From contig CAJINV010000002.1 in the NCBI GenBank assembly GCA_905178155.1, positions 9,063,412-9,127,411 on the forward strand: a DNA stretch of 64,000 bases. The letters are read 5' to 3'. The position numbers and the translations under genes are program-made. The notes under the pieces are model-generated. The model saw only the letters and a list, made by a program, of their open reading frames with translations, was not told the origin of the DNA and did not search any database. Of the stretch, positions 60,901 through 64,000 are shown in pieces; position 1 is the first letter of the stretch, and each line of letters opens with the position of its first letter. Source of the DNA: Amoebophrya sp. A120 (taxonomy: Eukaryota > Protista > Dinoflagellata).

Positions 60901-63098
60901 TAACGCTGCTGGTCGGAAGAACTTCTCGAACAGCAACTGAACACCATTTTTCGATGCAGCACAGCGCGCAACGAGCATCTACATCGTTGAATACCACAGG
61001 TACAGTATCCTGAGGAAAAACGTACCCACATCAGAGTCAGGATGGGGATTTTGTAACACAAACCTAGGAGTTTTAGGAGTCACGCATGACAAGTTTCAGT
61101 CCGTAAGGTAGTGCAAGTTAGCAAGGAAAGCCGCATCACAAATCGACGTTCTGATCCTGTTCACAGCATCACAAATTCCAAAACACGATTGGAGATGGCT
61201 CTCATGGGGATGCGCGTTACAAGTCTTCCTGTCTTTGCAAATCTGCATTACAACTCTGGCGTGGGTACGTTTTTACTCAGGATATACAGCGAGCTCTACA
61301 TGGTTTTCGTTTTGAAGCTGTCCGACCCCAACGCGGTGCAGGGGCTCCCCCCAGCTTACCAGGTGATCGCGCGGTACTACAAGACCTACAACCGCGTGGC
61401 CAAGATGACGGAGGACTTTGTGCGGTTTATGGGGATCCCCAAGTCTCTCGCCGTTTGTTGGGAGGAAACGGTTGATTACAACGACCACCTGGGCGTCGGC
61501 GAACGCCCGGAAACCACGCCCATGAAGATTCGGGTGGTGTTTAACAACTACGGCATCACGGTGGTAAACCTGCCCGCAAAGCTCAAAAACCTCTTCAAAT
61601 CGGCAGCGGAAAAGAGAAAGGAAAAAGACGCACAAAGTATTTTCAATTTTGGTGAAGCAATGTTGCAACTTGTGCGTCCCGCAGTAGATACCATGTCACA
61701 ATGAATAAGAAGCTTGCCGCTTTATTAATTTTTTTTCACACGGCAGGTTGCGGCGCTGGCGAGGGCATGTTTTCGCGGTTTGCGAGCCGCATTGGCAACT
61801 TGTTTCACAAGGAAGCGGACGACGAGGCGGCGACGGGCAGTATGCAGCTGGGGAGTCAGGGGCTGCGCGGCGGGCGCGGCGGCAACCATTACGAGAGCAG
61901 TAGCGGCCAAGTGCAGCAGCTCCCCGCCGGTCTCCCCGGCCTGGGCGGCGGCGCCGCAGGACCGTCCTCGTCCAGTGGCGCGCAGCCACCCGCGAAGCCC
62001 GCCGGGCGCGCGAGGCGAGCAAGTCTGTCCGTGGACCTAGGAGACATGGACGACGACTGGAAAAAGCCAAAGCCGCAGCTGACCAACACGTCGAGTGACA
62101 GTGGCAATTCCCACAGCAACAATACCGCGGCGGGCACAATAGTGCAACCCAGTTCCACCTCCACCTCCCCGACAGCAAACAACAATCGGCGAAACAGCCA
62201 GTCCCGCCGTGGGTCGGAGCGGCGGACGTCGCTCGGCCACGAGTTGGAGCTGAACGAGGAGGACTTGGATGAGAGCGCCAAAAACCCAGCAGTGAAGGAG
62301 CGACAAGCGAACTCGCTCGGTTTGAACGCGGCGCAGCACCAGTTGCTCCTGCAAAAGGGGTACGCGGTGTTCCGGGACGTGATTCCCATCTCCAAGGAGG
62401 AGCAGGAACTGCTCGCCTCCGTGGTCGGCGCCTACCAGTGGTACGTGTTTCTCCGCTACCAGTCCCGCGCGGGGTGCAAGTTTTTCACCTCCTTCCTCTT
62501 CCTGTTCGCGCCCCTGCTGGCCACCGCCGTCCCGACGGACGGCGACAAGCTGCCGGGCTTCAAGGGCCTGGACGACTACCGCTACTTCGTCGCCGGGCTC
62601 ACCTTTCTGATCGTCGACATCCTGGAGTGGTTGTTCGTCACTTTTTTGTTCCAGTTTCCAAATACAAAAGACATCCACAGCAAGGTGGACTACTACCGGC
62701 AGCTACTCTCCAAGGACCGCATGACGCTCTTTTTGCTGTTCACCTTCTCCTGGGTGGCGGGGGTGTTTATGTTCAACGTCTCCTGGAACCCGTTTAACGC
62801 GAAGAAGCTGGCGAAGAAGCTCTACGACATCGGGATGGGTAACCAGGCGGTGGTGCCTGTGCAGAGCAGCTACAGCGCCGCGGAGTGGGCCAATTTGAAA
62901 CTCTGCACGGGGATGTACGAGGACAGTGTGGGGTCCGTCGACTCCAGCATGTGGCGCGCCGAAAACGAGGCCAATTTCATCATCACCCCGCCCGGCGTGG
63001 TGGACCAGTACTGTGCCGGGGCGTTTCTCTACCCAAGGGAAGACACGCAGAAACTCGGAACCTTCTTCTACGGCTTCGTGTTTGACCACTGCAACTAG
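57972..63098 (+). CDS. Large multi-exon, multi-pass membrane protein of unknown function (possibly more than one gene)
   Basis: Hydrophobic exons in ORFs 57972, 58615, 60021, 60591, 61111 and 61701. Joins across the family B elements read YGFFWWYAPV...TSRQQRVIIGSTVFLVIV. Confidence 0.6.
59353..59631. mobile_element. Introner family B copy (279 bp, reverse orientation)
   Basis: tatcctgagtaaaaac...gtttttactcaggata; DR ttctg. Confidence 0.93.
59713..59991. mobile_element. Introner family B copy (279 bp, reverse orientation)
   Basis: Same TIRs; DR ggcag. Confidence 0.93.
61006..61284. mobile_element. Introner family B copy (279 bp)
   Basis: Same TIRs, highly similar to 23672-23954; DR tacag. 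Confidence 0.93.
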
Positions 63099-64000
63099 AG
63101 AGACCATTGTGTAAGTGGTGATGTGCGTGATGGAAAGGAAGCGCTGCGCACATCAGTGGTCCGTGTGCTTGTGCAGCGTACATTTTATTCTCCTAGCAGA
63201 TTTCTTTTTTGAAGTTTCAAAACAAATATGTGCTGCAGCTTCGGGTAGCACCAGCAGGTTTAGATCGTTGCCAGTTTTTGAACCTTGTAGGATTGTTGAG
63301 GAAAAAGTAAAAGCCCGGAAAAGTAATGAACGTGTAAAAAATTATCAGAGATTGAGAATGAGATAGTGAAAAATAAAACCTGTTTCATGAAGTGAAGTGA
63401 TTCATAGAGGGCGGGTAAGCCTCCTACCATAGCTGCATGGGGTACGATACGGTTTCTCTTTTTCCGGTTTCAGTTTCTGCAGTGCTTGAAAAATTATTTG
63501 CTTTTACATACTTACGCACAATCTGGCGCGCTATCGCTACTGAAAGGCATCGGAGGAAAACCGATGGAATTATAGCTGGCTCTACAATCTTGATCTTCAG
63601 TCGTGCAAGTGAGGACTTGACAGGTTTCCGAACTTTGATTTATTTTGGGGGCAGCATTAGCAGACTGCCAGGCTTGTCTTTGTCAGTTGTTGAAAAAGTA
63701 TGTTGGAGAGGAAAAAAACAGCAGGCATGGAGGTGAGCGAAGACATGGTTTATCTGAGTAGCACCGGTATCAAATACCACTTCTAGGACCGAATTTTTTT
63801 ACTAAGTAGCACCGAATTTTTTTACTAAGTAAAAAATGACAATCCCAAACCCACAGAGAGAACCATCGGTGTGTTGTAAGTGTTTTTTTCATCAACCAGT
63901 AGGTACGAGTGTGAAATAGATTTTAAGACAGGAGAGCATAGCACCACCGAGTGCTCACTTCTTTTGTGGAAGTTGCATCATTGACTATTCGCAGGGTCCT

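Overview
This is a gene-dense eukaryotic window with about 16 intron-containing genes, all on the + strand. It most likely comes from the parasitic dinoflagellate Amoebophrya (Syndiniales); that is an inference from the intron type and the unidirectional gene array. Recognisable products are an FN3 protein tail, a PAN/apple secreted protein, an EF-hand protein, a CS-domain protein, ACMSD, TMEM43, a temptin + cytochrome b561 fusion with a tandem b561 paralog, and NFU1. At least 18 coding interruptions are non-GT-AG introns made of terminal-inverted-repeat elements (introners). They fall into several families, end TA(T/C)...(A/G)TA, and are flanked by 5-bp direct repeats (perfect in 15 cases). 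Removing each element plus one repeat restores the reading frame, whichever way the element is oriented. The most striking locus is 42705-47572. It encodes a predicted secreted protein with a bacterial HicA-like (mRNA interferase) domain and an RS-rich basic tail. Its single non-canonical intron carries a recently inserted 2.9-kb split-direct-repeat retroelement (A1-gag-B1-A2-B2, PAT/Ngaro-like architecture) that lacks RT and recombinase and contains three covarying RNA hairpins. All calls were made by eye from the sequence; no searches were run.
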